DNA from: an uncultured delta proteobacterium
Lineage (GTDB): Bacteria > Myxococcota_A > Polyangia > Fen-1088
DNA length: 64,000 nt
NCBI GenBank assembly: GCA_963796685.1
Contig: CAWCMR010000025.1
Location: 1,664,001-1,728,000, forward strand
Direction: 5' to 3'
Shown here in pieces: positions 7,712-17,469 of the stretch. Below the pieces are notes generated by a model, which made no database searches, was not told the DNA's origin, and saw only the letters and a program-made list of their open reading frames with translations. Positions within the stretch are counted from its first letter, which is position 1, and every line of letters starts with the position of its first letter. The translations under genes were made by a program, and so were the position numbers.

Positions 7712-7757
7712 GGACTGAAAATCCGTGTGTAGACAGTTCGACTCTGTCCCTGGGCAC
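7712..7757 (+). other. att site: 3' half of tRNA-Phe(GAA) duplicated by integration
   Basis: GGA-CTGAAAA-TCC anticodon loop, T-arm GACAG-TTCGACT-CTGTC, acceptor 3' strand CCTGGGC-A. No D-arm or 5' acceptor strand upstream. Confidence 0.85.
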
Positions 7758-7820
7758 TGCCAGAGTAAATACCTCGTACGTAAAGAGGACGCTTGCTTAG
7801 AGCGTCGAAGGAGACATTCA

Positions 7821-10433
7821 ATGGCTCGTAAAGTCATCATTTTCATTTTAGCCATCGGGGCCGTCACCGGCGGGTACTTCCTGGGGCGAAAGAACTGGAA
7901 CCTGGGCGGCGGCAACGCCGTTGCCAAGTTCACTTGTCCCAATCCCGGCGCCGCGGTGGCGGGTGATGACGTCGAGCGCAAGTGCGTTCCCTTCGACGGC
8001 AAGGCCGAGGGCTCGAGCAAGGCGATGGTCACCATCGTCGAGTTCTCCGACTTTCAGTGCCCGTTCTGCAGCAGGGTCCTGCCCACCCTGGACAAGCTGC
8101 TCAAGGAATACCCGGACAAGGTTCGGATCTTCTTCAAGAACAACCCGCTGCCCTTCCATAGCGACGCACCGCTGGCAGCCCAGGCCGCCGTGGCCGCCGA
8201 GGACCAGGGCAAGTTCTGGCAGATGCACGACATCCTGTTCAAGAACCAGCAGAACCTCAAGCGCCCTGATCTCGAGAAGTACGCCAAGGAAATCGGCCTG
8301 GACGTCGAGAAATTCAAGAAGGACATCGATTCGCCCGCCACCAAGAAGCACGTCGCGGACGACATGGAGCTTGCCAAGAAGCTGGGCGTGCAGGGCACCC
8401 CGAACTTCTTCATCGATGGTCGCCCCATCCGCGGCGCCGTGCCCTACGAACAGTTCAAGTCGGCGGTGGATGACGAGCTCGCCCGTGGCAAGAAGCTGAT
8501 GGCCAAGGGCGTCGCGTCCGGCAAGGTGTTCGCCGCGCTCATGAAGGGCGAGGGCAAGGGCCTCGGCACCCCGACGCCGCCTGCGCCGCCACCGCACATT
8601 CCAATCGGTTCCGAAGTCTACAAGGTCGAACCCGGAGACGCGCCGCAGGTGGGCGGCAAGGAGCCCAAGGTTACCCTCATCGAGTTCTCGGACTTCCAGT
8701 GCCCCTACTGCTCTCGCGCCAAGGGCACGCTGGACGAGCTGCAGAAGATCTACAAGGACGACCTGCAGATCACTTTCCGGAACTTCCCGCTTCCCTTCCA
8801 CCAGAACGCCATGCCCGCGGCCATCGCCGCCAAGGCCGCCGAGGAGCAGGGCAAGTTCTGGCCGATGTATGACAAGCTGTTCGCCAACCAGCAGGCGCTT
8901 TCATCGGCGGATCTCGAGAAGTACGCCTCCGAGATCGGCCTGGACATGGCCAAGTACAAGGCTGCCATCGCGAACCCCAAGACCAAGGCCGCCGTAGAAG
9001 CCGACGCGAAGATGGGCAGCAACTTCGGCGTGGGAGGAACGCCTTCGTTCTTCATCAACGGCCACGCTTTCAGCGGTGCCTATCCTCTCGAAAGCTTCAA
9101 GATGGCCATCGACGACGAGATCAAGAAGGTCGATGCCAAGATCGCGTCCGGTACACCGCGCGCGGGTCTGTACGCCGCGCTCGTCAAGGACGGCCTTACC
9201 AAGGCCGAGCCCAAGAAGGAGCAGGCGCGCCCCGGCGAGCCGCAGGCCGGCGAGGTCTACAAGGCTGATATCAAGGGCGCGCCGATCAAGGGCGCCAAGG
9301 ACGCCCTCGTCACCATCGTGCAGTTCTCGGACTTCCAGTGCCCGTTCTGCTCGCGCGTCGAGCCCACCATCGACCAGGTCATGAAAGAGTACGCCGGCAA
9401 GGTCCGCGTGGCGTGGCGCAACCTGCCGCTTCCCTTCCACAACAACGCCAAGCCGGCCGCCATCGCGGCCATGGCCGCCAACGAGCAGGGCAAGTTCTGG
9501 CAGATGCACGACATCCTGTTCAAGAACCAGCAGGCCCTTTCCGCCGCCGATCTCGACAAGTACGCCAAGGAGATCGGCCTCAACATGACCAAGTTCAAGG
9601 CCGCCCTCGAAGACAAGAAGCTCGCGGAGCGGGTCGAAGCCGATGCGGCCATGGGGGCCAAGATCGGCGCGCGCGGCACGCCGGCTTTCTTCATCAACGG
9701 CACCTTCCTGTCGGGTGCTCAGCCGTTCGAGCAGTTCAAGGCTCGCATCGATGAGGAGCTCAAGAAGGCCGAAGCGCTGGCCAAGAAGGTTGGCGGCAAG
9801 GCGAAAGTCTATGACGCCCTCATGAAGACGGCCAAGGCCGAGGTCGGCGGTGCACCGGCGCCCTCGGCTGACAACGAGGCGGCCCCTGGTCCGGCCAAGA
9901 AGGTCGAAGTGGGCAATGCGCCGGTTCGCGGCCCCAAGAATGCACCCATCACCGTGGTGCTCTTCTCGGACTTCCAGTGCCCGTTCTGTAGCCGCGTCGA
10001 GCCCTCGATTGCCGAGCTACAGAAGCTGTACCCCGGCAAGGTGCGCGTGGCATGGAAGAACTACCCGCTTCCGTTCCACAACAACGCCAAGCCCGCGGCC
10101 GAGGCCGCCTTGGCCGCCAACGAGCAGGGCAAGTTCTGGGAGATGCACGACATCCTGTTCAAGAACCAGCAGGCCCTGACTGCCGACGACCTCGAGAAGT
10201 ACGCCAAGGAAATCGGTCTCGACATGACCAAGTTCAAGGCCGCCATCGACAGCCACAAGTTCGCGGCTCAGATCGAGGCGGACACGAAGCAGGGTTCGGC
10301 GCTGGGGGTGCAGGGAACCCCGGCGGCGTTCGTCAATGGACAGCTGGTCTCGGGCGCGCAGCCCGTCGATGCCTTCAAGAAGATCGTCGAGGCCGATCTC
10401 AAGGGCGGCAAAGCCAAGGCCAAGGCCAACTAG
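7821..10433 (+). CDS. Membrane-anchored DsbA-family protein with four tandem thioredoxin domains
   Basis: N-terminal TM; four FSDFQCP(F/Y)C motifs, each with a GTP cis-Pro loop. Confidence 0.93.
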   Translation: MARKVIIFILAIGAVTGGYFLGRKNWNLGGGNAVAKFTCPNPGAAVAGDDVERKCVPFDGKAEGSSKAMVTIVEFSDFQCPFCSRVLPTLDKLLKEYPDKVRIFFKNNPLPFHSDAPLAAQAAVAAEDQGKFWQMHDILFKNQQNLKRPDLEKYAKEIGLDVEKFKKDIDSPATKKHVADDMELAKKLGVQGTPNFFIDGRPIRGAVPYEQFKSAVDDELARGKKLMAKGVASGKVFAALMKGEGKGLGTPTPPAPPPHIPIGSEVYKVEPGDAPQVGGKEPKVTLIEFSDFQCPYCSRAKGTLDELQKIYKDDLQITFRNFPLPFHQNAMPAAIAAKAAEEQGKFWPMYDKLFANQQALSSADLEKYASEIGLDMAKYKAAIANPKTKAAVEADAKMGSNFGVGGTPSFFINGHAFSGAYPLESFKMAIDDEIKKVDAKIASGTPRAGLYAALVKDGLTKAEPKKEQARPGEPQAGEVYKADIKGAPIKGAKDALVTIVQFSDFQCPFCSRVEPTIDQVMKEYAGKVRVAWRNLPLPFHNNAKPAAIAAMAANEQGKFWQMHDILFKNQQALSAADLDKYAKEIGLNMTKFKAALEDKKLAERVEADAAMGAKIGARGTPAFFINGTFLSGAQPFEQFKARIDEELKKAEALAKKVGGKAKVYDALMKTAKAEVGGAPAPSADNEAAPGPAKKVEVGNAPVRGPKNAPITVVLFSDFQCPFCSRVEPSIAELQKLYPGKVRVAWKNYPLPFHNNAKPAAEAALAANEQGKFWEMHDILFKNQQALTADDLEKYAKEIGLDMTKFKAAIDSHKFAAQIEADTKQGSALGVQGTPAAFVNGQLVSGAQPVDAFKKIVEADLKGGKAKAKAN

Positions 10434-10505
10434 CGCAAGAGCACCGTCGGGCGTGCCTGACGGTGCTGATCGCGCGATTGGGAGGCGCAGGCCATCGATC
10501 CGAAA

Positions 10506-11084
10506 TTGGCGCAAATCAAGAAGCAGCGAACGCGAAGGTTGCTGGCGGCGTGCATGGCCGCTGCCGTGACCGTCGCCGCGGGTGCGCTGCTCATCGAGGG
10601 TGCGGCCTCGACGGTGAAATCCGCCGAGGAGGTTGCTTGTGCCGCACTTCGCCCTGATCCGCTTTCGGCCAAGCTGCGTGCGTTGGTGCCGGACTTTCAA
10701 CTGCCCGATCTCACCGGTAGGAAGGTGTCGCTGCGTAGCTTGCTCGGCCGGCCGGTACTGGTCAGCTTCTTCGCCACGTGGTGCCCGCCTTGTGTCGCGG
10801 AAGCGCCGACGCTCGAAATCCTGGCCGGGCGCCTCGGCGACAAGGGCACCGTGGCCGTCGTCAGCGTGGACGAGGATCTGGAGGCGCTCAAGAAGTTCTA
10901 CGCCAAGGGATCGCAGACCCTCGTGCTTCGCGACGAGAGCCGCGGGGTCCCGTCGAGCTTCGGCACCACCCAGTTTCCCGAGTCGTTCCTCCTCGATGCC
11001 AGGGGCAAGGTCCGCTACGCCTTTCTCAACCGGCGCGACTGGTCGCTGCCCGAAGCCGTCGCTTGCGTCGAAGGCTTGCGGTAA
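10506..11084 (+). CDS. TlpA/ResA-family thiol-disulfide oxidoreductase
   Basis: FFATWCPPC motif, FPESFLLD, N-terminal hydrophobic segment. Confidence 0.88.
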   Translation: MAQIKKQRTRRLLAACMAAAVTVAAGALLIEGAASTVKSAEEVACAALRPDPLSAKLRALVPDFQLPDLTGRKVSLRSLLGRPVLVSFFATWCPPCVAEAPTLEILAGRLGDKGTVAVVSVDEDLEALKKFYAKGSQTLVLRDESRGVPSSFGTTQFPESFLLDARGKVRYAFLNRRDWSLPEAVACVEGLR

Positions 11085-11235
11085 GGGCGTCGGAAGCCCA
11101 CGACCGACGGCGCACTGTCACGCACGACGAGACGACTGCCGTGGTCGCGCAACGCGACCGCCCTCACTACGAGAGCGCCCGGTGCCCTGACGCCTGTTGA
11201 CTGGCGGCGCTCCTCGCACGTAGGTTCTTGCTGAA

Positions 11236-13614
11236 ATGTCCTTCTCAAACGTCGTGCTTTCCATCACACCGGCGCGCGGCAGCGCGCGCCGGGTAGGTCC
11301 GTGGCTGCTCGGTGCTTTGGTCTTGCTCGTGGCGAGTATCTTCGCCCCGTCGGCCATGGCGCAGCCGGAAGATCTGTTGGTCGGCCGCCGCCCCGTGCAC
11401 AGCGAAGGGGTAAAGAATGCCGTCCGCCTCACCGATGGCCTCCTGAGCAACGAGGGAGACGAGTGGTTGACCGACGTGACCTCGCGCTTCTCGTCGGCGC
11501 GATCCTTCGTCGAGTACGACCTGGGCCAGCCGCGATCGTTGCGCTGCGTGATGGTCCAGGCGGACAACAACGATGTCTATTTCATGGCCGGCTCGCTCGA
11601 CGGGCACGAATGGCAGCAACTTTGGCGGGTGGGCGCGGAATCCGGCGCGGGCATGCGCGTGCGCGCCACCAAGCTCGACACCACGGCTCGCTACCTTCGC
11701 CTGTCGGCCACCGGCGGCGACGCGCTCTACAGCGTGGCCGAGATCGCGGTCTACTCGGAATGCCCCGTGCCCTGGCCGGCGGACTTGCCCCGCGCGCACG
11801 GCATTCCGGTGGACGACGCCCTCAACGTCAAGGTGCTCGCGTTCGGAATCCTGGCCGGCCTCTTCGTGCTGGTTCATCGTCGCAAGGGGCCGAAGCTGCA
11901 ATACGTGCTGGTCATGCCGGTGCTCGGGGCGCTATGGATGCTCACCTCGGATCTGGTCGACCTGTATCCCTTCTTCAACCAGGAGCCGCCCTTGCGCGCG
12001 CTGGTGGCCGGGCTGGCAGCCTTGGTGGTGATCAAAGAGGCGTTCCTGTCGAAACGCTGGGAGCCCCATCGCGCGGTGTCCTTGGCGACGCTAGCGTTTT
12101 GCGCCATCACCGCCTTCGGCACCTACTACCACTTCGGCATGCCGCAGTTCTTCGACCAGGCCAAGGGACGCCGAACCTTCGTGCACACCTGGGACATGCG
12201 CCACTACTATCCGGTCGCGAAGTACTTTCCCGAGCTGCGCTTCGACGGGCTCTACCTGGCCAGCCTGGCCGCCTACATCGACAACACGCCGGGTTTCACG
12301 AAGGAGCAACTCGCCCACGTGCGCTTGCGCGATTTGCGCACCGCCGAGATCGTTACCGGCACCGAGGCGGAGGCCGAGCTTCCCGCGATCCGCGCGCGTT
12401 TCACGCCCGAGCGCTGGGAAGAGTTCAAGCGCGACATGAAGTACTTCTCGGACACCATGGGCGGCGCCGACTACCTGGGCAGCATGCAGGACCACGGCGG
12501 CAACGCCACGCCGGTGTGGATCCTGCCGGCGTACTTCATGTTCAACGCCGCACCGGCCAGCGAGCTCGTCATCTCGCTGGCTGGTCTCATCGATCCCATC
12601 CTGGTGCTCTTCCTGTTCTGGATGCTGTATCGCACGTTCGGGCTGCGCATCATGCTCTACGTGGTGGTCATCTGGGGGGCCACCGATTTCTACAACTTCG
12701 GCTCGAACCTGATGGGCTCGACCCTGCGCCAGGATTGGTTGGTGGCGCTGGGGTTGGGGGCGTGCGCGCTCAAACGGGGCCGCTATGCCCTGGGCGGCGT
12801 GCTCATCGCCTATGGCGGGTTGATTCGCGCCTTCCCGGCCATGGCCACCTTCTTTTTCCTGGTGCCCATGGGGTGGTTCGCCTTCGATTCTTGGTGGTCG
12901 AGGCGAAGGCTGCCGACCCGCGCCGAGTGGCGAGCGGGTCAGCGCCCGGCCCTACGCGCGTTCACCGCCGCCGCCATCTGCGTGGTCGTGTTGGTCGCCG
13001 CCACCAGCGCGCTCTTCGGCTTCCGTGGCTCGTGGATCGCGTGGAAGGACAAAATCGAGATTCACGCCACCGGTCCCAGCACCAACAACGTGGGGCTGCG
13101 CAACGTGTTGGCCTTCGACCCCAATTTTTCGGCCAAGTCTCTGGCCGAGCATCACCGGGCCGGGATGTGGGGCGACTGGGGCTACGCGCAGAAGATGACC
13201 TTTGCGGCGCGGCGGCCACTGTTCTACGCCATCCTCCTGCTGGCCACGGCCCTGGCCCTGCTCGCTTGCCGCGGGCGCACCCTCGAGGAAGTTTCGCTCA
13301 TCGGCCTCCTGCTGATCCCGTTCTACTTCTATCCATCGAACTACTACTGCCACTTCGTGTTCCTGTTACCCTTGGCCGTGGTGCGCCCGAGTCTGGACCG
13401 CGACAAGACCTTCGCCATCGTGTTTCTCGTGCTCGCGGGCATGTGTATCGGGCAGTACTTCACCCTGGCCGAGGGCTGGACCGATCTCCGCTACACCTAC
13501 CAGAGCTTCCTGCTCCTCATCGGGTTCGGTATCATCCTGGCATACCTCGCCTGGGAATCCCTGAAGCTGGCGCCCTTCACCAAGCGTGGCGAAGTCGCAG
13601 CCGACGGCGGGTAG
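11236..13614 (+). CDS. Multi-TM membrane protein with N-terminal discoidin (F5/8C)-like domain; probable GT-C glycosyltransferase
   Basis: Signal peptide; EYDLG..., ARYLRL and SVAEIAVY discoidin-like strands; more than 10 TM helices. Confidence 0.65.
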   Translation: MSFSNVVLSITPARGSARRVGPWLLGALVLLVASIFAPSAMAQPEDLLVGRRPVHSEGVKNAVRLTDGLLSNEGDEWLTDVTSRFSSARSFVEYDLGQPRSLRCVMVQADNNDVYFMAGSLDGHEWQQLWRVGAESGAGMRVRATKLDTTARYLRLSATGGDALYSVAEIAVYSECPVPWPADLPRAHGIPVDDALNVKVLAFGILAGLFVLVHRRKGPKLQYVLVMPVLGALWMLTSDLVDLYPFFNQEPPLRALVAGLAALVVIKEAFLSKRWEPHRAVSLATLAFCAITAFGTYYHFGMPQFFDQAKGRRTFVHTWDMRHYYPVAKYFPELRFDGLYLASLAAYIDNTPGFTKEQLAHVRLRDLRTAEIVTGTEAEAELPAIRARFTPERWEEFKRDMKYFSDTMGGADYLGSMQDHGGNATPVWILPAYFMFNAAPASELVISLAGLIDPILVLFLFWMLYRTFGLRIMLYVVVIWGATDFYNFGSNLMGSTLRQDWLVALGLGACALKRGRYALGGVLIAYGGLIRAFPAMATFFFLVPMGWFAFDSWWSRRRLPTRAEWRAGQRPALRAFTAAAICVVVLVAATSALFGFRGSWIAWKDKIEIHATGPSTNNVGLRNVLAFDPNFSAKSLAEHHRAGMWGDWGYAQKMTFAARRPLFYAILLLATALALLACRGRTLEEVSLIGLLLIPFYFYPSNYYCHFVFLLPLAVVRPSLDRDKTFAIVFLVLAGMCIGQYFTLAEGWTDLRYTYQSFLLLIGFGIILAYLAWESLKLAPFTKRGEVAADGG

Positions 13615-13639
13615 GGGCGGGTTTCAAACCCGCCCCTAC
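13611..13639. repeat. GTAG-type REP palindrome / bidirectional terminator
   Basis: GTAGGGGCGGGTTT-C-AAACCCGCCCCTAC, a perfect 14-bp inverted repeat that contains both convergent stop codons. Confidence 0.8.
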
Positions 13640-14730
13640 GGTTTCTCGAGATCGGCCAGGATCTGCTTGATGGTCATGGCTGCCGGTTTACCGCGCGGGG
13701 TGTAACTGGTGGTTCCCGGTCCCCCGTAGCCGTACCAGTTCCAGATGTATAGGCCGTCCAGTCGCGTCCGGGCCGCGAGCGGCTCGGTCCACGCCAGGCG
13801 GAAGGCCTCGAAGCCGCGTTGTTGTTCGCCGAGATCGGGGGTTCCCCCCGAGGATTCGTCCCAGGGCGAGGCCGTGGCGCCCGCGCGCGAACGGTAGCCG
13901 ACCTCGGTGAAGAGGAAGGGCTTGTCGTACTTTGCCAGGTCGGATTCGATGGTGCGGCCGATACGCCGCCAGCTCGCGGCCAAGGCTTGCACGTCGGACG
14001 GCGCGGAGGGTTCGCGCAGGTTGAAGTATGCGGTAATGCCGATCTCGTCGACCAAGTCGAACAGCCGGGCGTCGCGGTAGTGATCCCAGTTGGCCGAGTA
14101 GACGAGGGTGCCCGTAAAGACGGCGCGAACGAAGGTGATGAGCTTGCCCCAACGGTCGAGATCGCCGTCGAGCGAGGACAGCTCGCTACCGATGACCAGC
14201 CGGGTGGCGCCGGTCAAGGTCGCCAGCGAGGCCAGATCGCCGACCATTTGTCCGTAGCTTGCAAACCAGGCGTCGGGATCGGCCGGGTGCAGGGTGCCGC
14301 GCCACTCGTCGGACGAGCGCGGAGCAGACAGCCGGACAATCGGGAACAGCGTGACCTCCAGGCCAGCGCGACGTGCGTCGCGAATGGCGTCGGCGACGGC
14401 CTCCAGGGTCGGCGAATACCGGGTGTGAAGGTAGAGTCGGTTGGAGGCAGCGTCGGTCTGATAGAGCGGGACTACCAGCGCGACGTGGCTCGCGCCGAGC
14501 GCGGCAATTTCCTCGAGCAACGGCGCGTACGAAAAACTCACGTCCTCGGCAAACAGCCCGAGCGCCACGCCTCGCTGCACGGGATCGCGGTTCACGCGGC
14601 GGCGCGACGGCAGCGGCGGCGCAGACGATTGCGGCGAGGCGGTGGGTTGCTCCGGCAGGGACGAGGCATGCGCGGCCAAAATGCCCACGGTCGCGAACAC
14701 GAGGAGCCCGATGGCAAGGCGGCGATACAT
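13636..14730 (-). CDS. Secreted glycoside hydrolase family 113-like TIM-barrel protein
   Basis: VIGSEL, YSANWD, KPFLFTEVGYRS, YTPRGKPA motifs; signal peptide. Confidence 0.82.
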   Translation of the reverse strand: MYRRLAIGLLVFATVGILAAHASSLPEQPTASPQSSAPPLPSRRRVNRDPVQRGVALGLFAEDVSFSYAPLLEEIAALGASHVALVVPLYQTDAASNRLYLHTRYSPTLEAVADAIRDARRAGLEVTLFPIVRLSAPRSSDEWRGTLHPADPDAWFASYGQMVGDLASLATLTGATRLVIGSELSSLDGDLDRWGKLITFVRAVFTGTLVYSANWDHYRDARLFDLVDEIGITAYFNLREPSAPSDVQALAASWRRIGRTIESDLAKYDKPFLFTEVGYRSRAGATASPWDESSGGTPDLGEQQRGFEAFRLAWTEPLAARTRLDGLYIWNWYGYGGPGTTSYTPRGKPAAMTIKQILADLEKP

Positions 14731-14948
14731 CGAAGGAAGTTAACCATAGGGAACACAGGGAGCCCAGAGGTCCCGGACGAATCGGACGACCCCAAGCCCG
14801 CGATAGCCGCAGAAGGTCTTGGTCGTGGCCGTGACCGTGGCCGGTTGCAATTACCGTCGGCCATGGCCACGGCCACGGTAAGCCGTCTACGTCCACGACC
14901 ACCGTCATGGCTTCGATTGCGTGCGTACGTCCTTCGTGGAAAGGTGTA

Positions 14949-16242
14949 TCACTCGCCGAGCGCACGGGACAGGCGGATTCGGGCCAGGGCGTACTCGTAG
15001 CGGGCGCGCGCGAAGTTGAGACGGGCCTGGGTCAGGGCCGACTGCGCGTCGAGCAGATCGGTCGTGTTGGCGCTGCCGGCTGCGAGGAGGACGGTGGTCA
15101 CGCGGTAGGCCTCCTCGGCGCTGCCGATGGTGGTGCGGCCCGTTTCGAGGGCGCTGGCCGTGGCGCGTACGTTGGCAAGCTTGGCCGCCACGTCGGTCTC
15201 GATCCTACGACGGGCGTCATCGGCCTGCGCTTGGGCTGCCACGGCGTGCGATTCGGCGGCGCGGTGCTGGAACCAGCGCGCGCCCCAGTCCCAGATTTGC
15301 CAGGCCGCCTTGAGGCCGATGAAGGCCGAGTCCGTCTTCACGAACGCTTGTCCTGTCATGTGCATGTAGCCCGCTTCCAGATCGACATCGGGAAGCAGAT
15401 CGTAGGTGCGCGCACGCGACGTGGTGCTTGCCGCCTTCGCGGCAAGAGCAGCGCTGTGAATCTCGCTGCGGTCGCGCAGGGCCTTGGCCACGAGAGGCGC
15501 CAGATCGGTTTCGACGGTTGCCGCGCTTTCCGGTGTCGCGGGCTCGACGAAATCCACGCTTCGATCGTCGGAGTCGTGGCCGATGGCCACGAGCAGGCTG
15601 GCGCGCGACACTTGCTCCGCCGCGCTCGCCTGGATCTCCTGTTGCTTGGCATTGGCGGCAGCCACGTTCAGGCGCAGCACGTCCGCCGGGGTGAGCACCC
15701 CGGCCGAGAGTTTCTCCTTGGCGACGGCGATCTGTTCGGCCAGCTCGATCCTGCGATGCATGCGCTACGCCGGCCAGGGTGCGCGCCTCGAACATGCGTA
15801 AGTATTCCGCGCGGACCTCGTCGCGCAGATTGGCCTCGACGGTCTTCGCATCGAAGGTTGCAGCCTCGGCCGCCGTGGAAAGTGCGCTGTGATCGGAGGA
15901 CAGATGCAAGAGCCCGAGCAAGGGTTGCCCGGCCGCGACGACGAAGGCATTGGTGGAGGCATCGCGGGCGCTGAGTGCTGGATAGTCGGGTGGAATGGGA
16001 AAGGTAACCTTGAACGGCGAATCCCAGCGCTGATACTCATCCGACACATTCACCGACGGTAGCAGTCTCCCGCGCAGGCTCTTGGCCTGTTCCTCGTCGC
16101 CGCGGGCACGCGCACGCGCGGCCTCGAGCGCGGGGCTGGAGGCGACCGCCATTTGCACGACCTCCTCCATGGTCAGCCGCTGCGACGCCGGCGCATCCGC
16201 GGCGTCGAGCGCGAGCAAAGCCAGCAGCGCGATGGCATGCAT
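14949..16242 (-). pseudogene. TolC-family outer membrane efflux protein, frameshifted near 15747
   Basis: N-half (LLPSVNVS) and C-half (DLLDAQSALTQARLNFARARYEY) lie in different frames. Removing one base gives ...AHASQD-ELAEQIAVA... May be a sequencing error. Confidence 0.8.
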
Positions 16243-16245
16243 GGT

Positions 16246-17466
16246 CTAGTTCTCCTTGCTCACGTAGACCGTGACGTCGGTGGAAAGGCCGGCCTGCAGC
16301 GGTAGATCCGGACGCTTGCTCCAGGCGATGCGGACCGGAACGCGCTGCACGACCTTGACGAAGTTGCCCGAGGCATTGTCGGGTGGCAGCAGGGAGAAGC
16401 GCGCGCCCGTGCCGCCCGAAAGGCTCTCGACCTTGGCTTCGAGCTCGACGCCCGGGAAGGCGTCGATGCGCACCTTCGCCCGCTGCCCCGGCCGCATGCG
16501 TCCCACCTGGGTCTCCTTGAAATTCGCCACCACGTAGGTTCGGTCGGGCACCAATTCGGCCAGCGGCTGGCCAATCTGGATCATCTGGCCCGGCTGGACC
16601 GTGAGCCTTGTGACCAGTCCGTCTTCACTGGCCGTCACCTTGGTGTAGCTGAGTTGTAGGCGAGCGAGCTCCAGGGTCGCCTCGGCGACCTTGATACGGG
16701 CGTGGGCCAGATTGGCGTTGGCCGTGGCCGCGGCGATTTGGGACGCTATCGGCGTACTTTGGTCGAGCCGGCCGCGCGCTTCGCCCACCCGCGTGCCGGC
16801 AAGACGCCGCATCTCGTTCGCGGCGGCGACCTGCGCCTCGGCCTGGGCCAGCGCGGCCTGCGAGGCATCGTAGGCCACCTGGGCGTTGTCCAGGCGCTCG
16901 CGCGGCAGGGCATTGCCGAGGACAAGTTGCTTGGTTCGTTGTAGATCCAGCTCGCCCTTGCGGGCCTCTGCCTTGGCCCGTTCCAGGGCGGCACGCGAAG
17001 CCGCCAATTGGGCCTCGGCGTTGGCCACGCCGAGCGACGATCCCGAGTAGTTGGCGCGCGCGTACTGCAGCCCGCCCTTGGCGCTGGCCTCGACCACGTG
17101 CACCTGGGCGTCGGCTGCCTCGGCCTGCGCGCGGGCGGTGTCGAGCTCGGCCTCGGCCTGCTTCACGCGCGCGGCGAAGTCCGCATCGTCGATCTGGATG
17201 AGCACGTCGCCCTTCTTTACCCGCTGGTTGTCCTCGACCAGGCGCTTGGCGATCTGGCCGTTCACGCGCGCGGCAATGGGCACCACGTCGGCCTCGACCT
17301 GGGCATCGTCGGTGGCTTCCTGATTCGCCGTCAGCAGCAGGTAGACGCCGGTGATCGCGGCCAACACAATCACCGCAGCACCCAGAATGAGAAACGGTTT
17401 CTTGCCTCGCCTAGGCGCGCTGGGCACGATTTCCGGTTTGAGCGTCGGGGCTGTATTCGATTCCAT
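16246..17466 (-). CDS. HlyD/EmrA-family membrane fusion protein
   Basis: TDDAQV, ANFKETQ, FSLLPPDNASGNFVKVVQRVPVRI. Confidence 0.93.
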   Translation of the reverse strand: MESNTAPTLKPEIVPSAPRRGKKPFLILGAAVIVLAAITGVYLLLTANQEATDDAQVEADVVPIAARVNGQIAKRLVEDNQRVKKGDVLIQIDDADFAARVKQAEAELDTARAQAEAADAQVHVVEASAKGGLQYARANYSGSSLGVANAEAQLAASRAALERAKAEARKGELDLQRTKQLVLGNALPRERLDNAQVAYDASQAALAQAEAQVAAANEMRRLAGTRVGEARGRLDQSTPIASQIAAATANANLAHARIKVAEATLELARLQLSYTKVTASEDGLVTRLTVQPGQMIQIGQPLAELVPDRTYVVANFKETQVGRMRPGQRAKVRIDAFPGVELEAKVESLSGGTGARFSLLPPDNASGNFVKVVQRVPVRIAWSKRPDLPLQAGLSTDVTVYVSKEN

Positions 17467-17469
17467 GAG

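Larger units (their letters stand above)
1..7757 (-). mobile_element. Integrated provirus (right part; extends left beyond the window), probably tailless double-jelly-roll (Varidnaviria-like)
   Basis: Dense, coupled short hypothetical ORFs, a packaging-type ATPase, a capsid-like gene, small TM proteins and a replication gene with iterons. Ends at a tRNA-Phe 3' fragment, after which host genes resume. Confidence 0.85.

Noticed and set aside
7690-7762. Functional tRNA-Phe gene
   Set aside because: The 5' acceptor strand and D-arm are absent and the anticodon stem pairs for only 3 bp; treated as an att remnant.
14820-14910. Structured ncRNA from CCGTGG/CCACGG hexamer repeats
   Set aside because: Degenerate low-complexity intergenic repeats; no recognisable RNA family.
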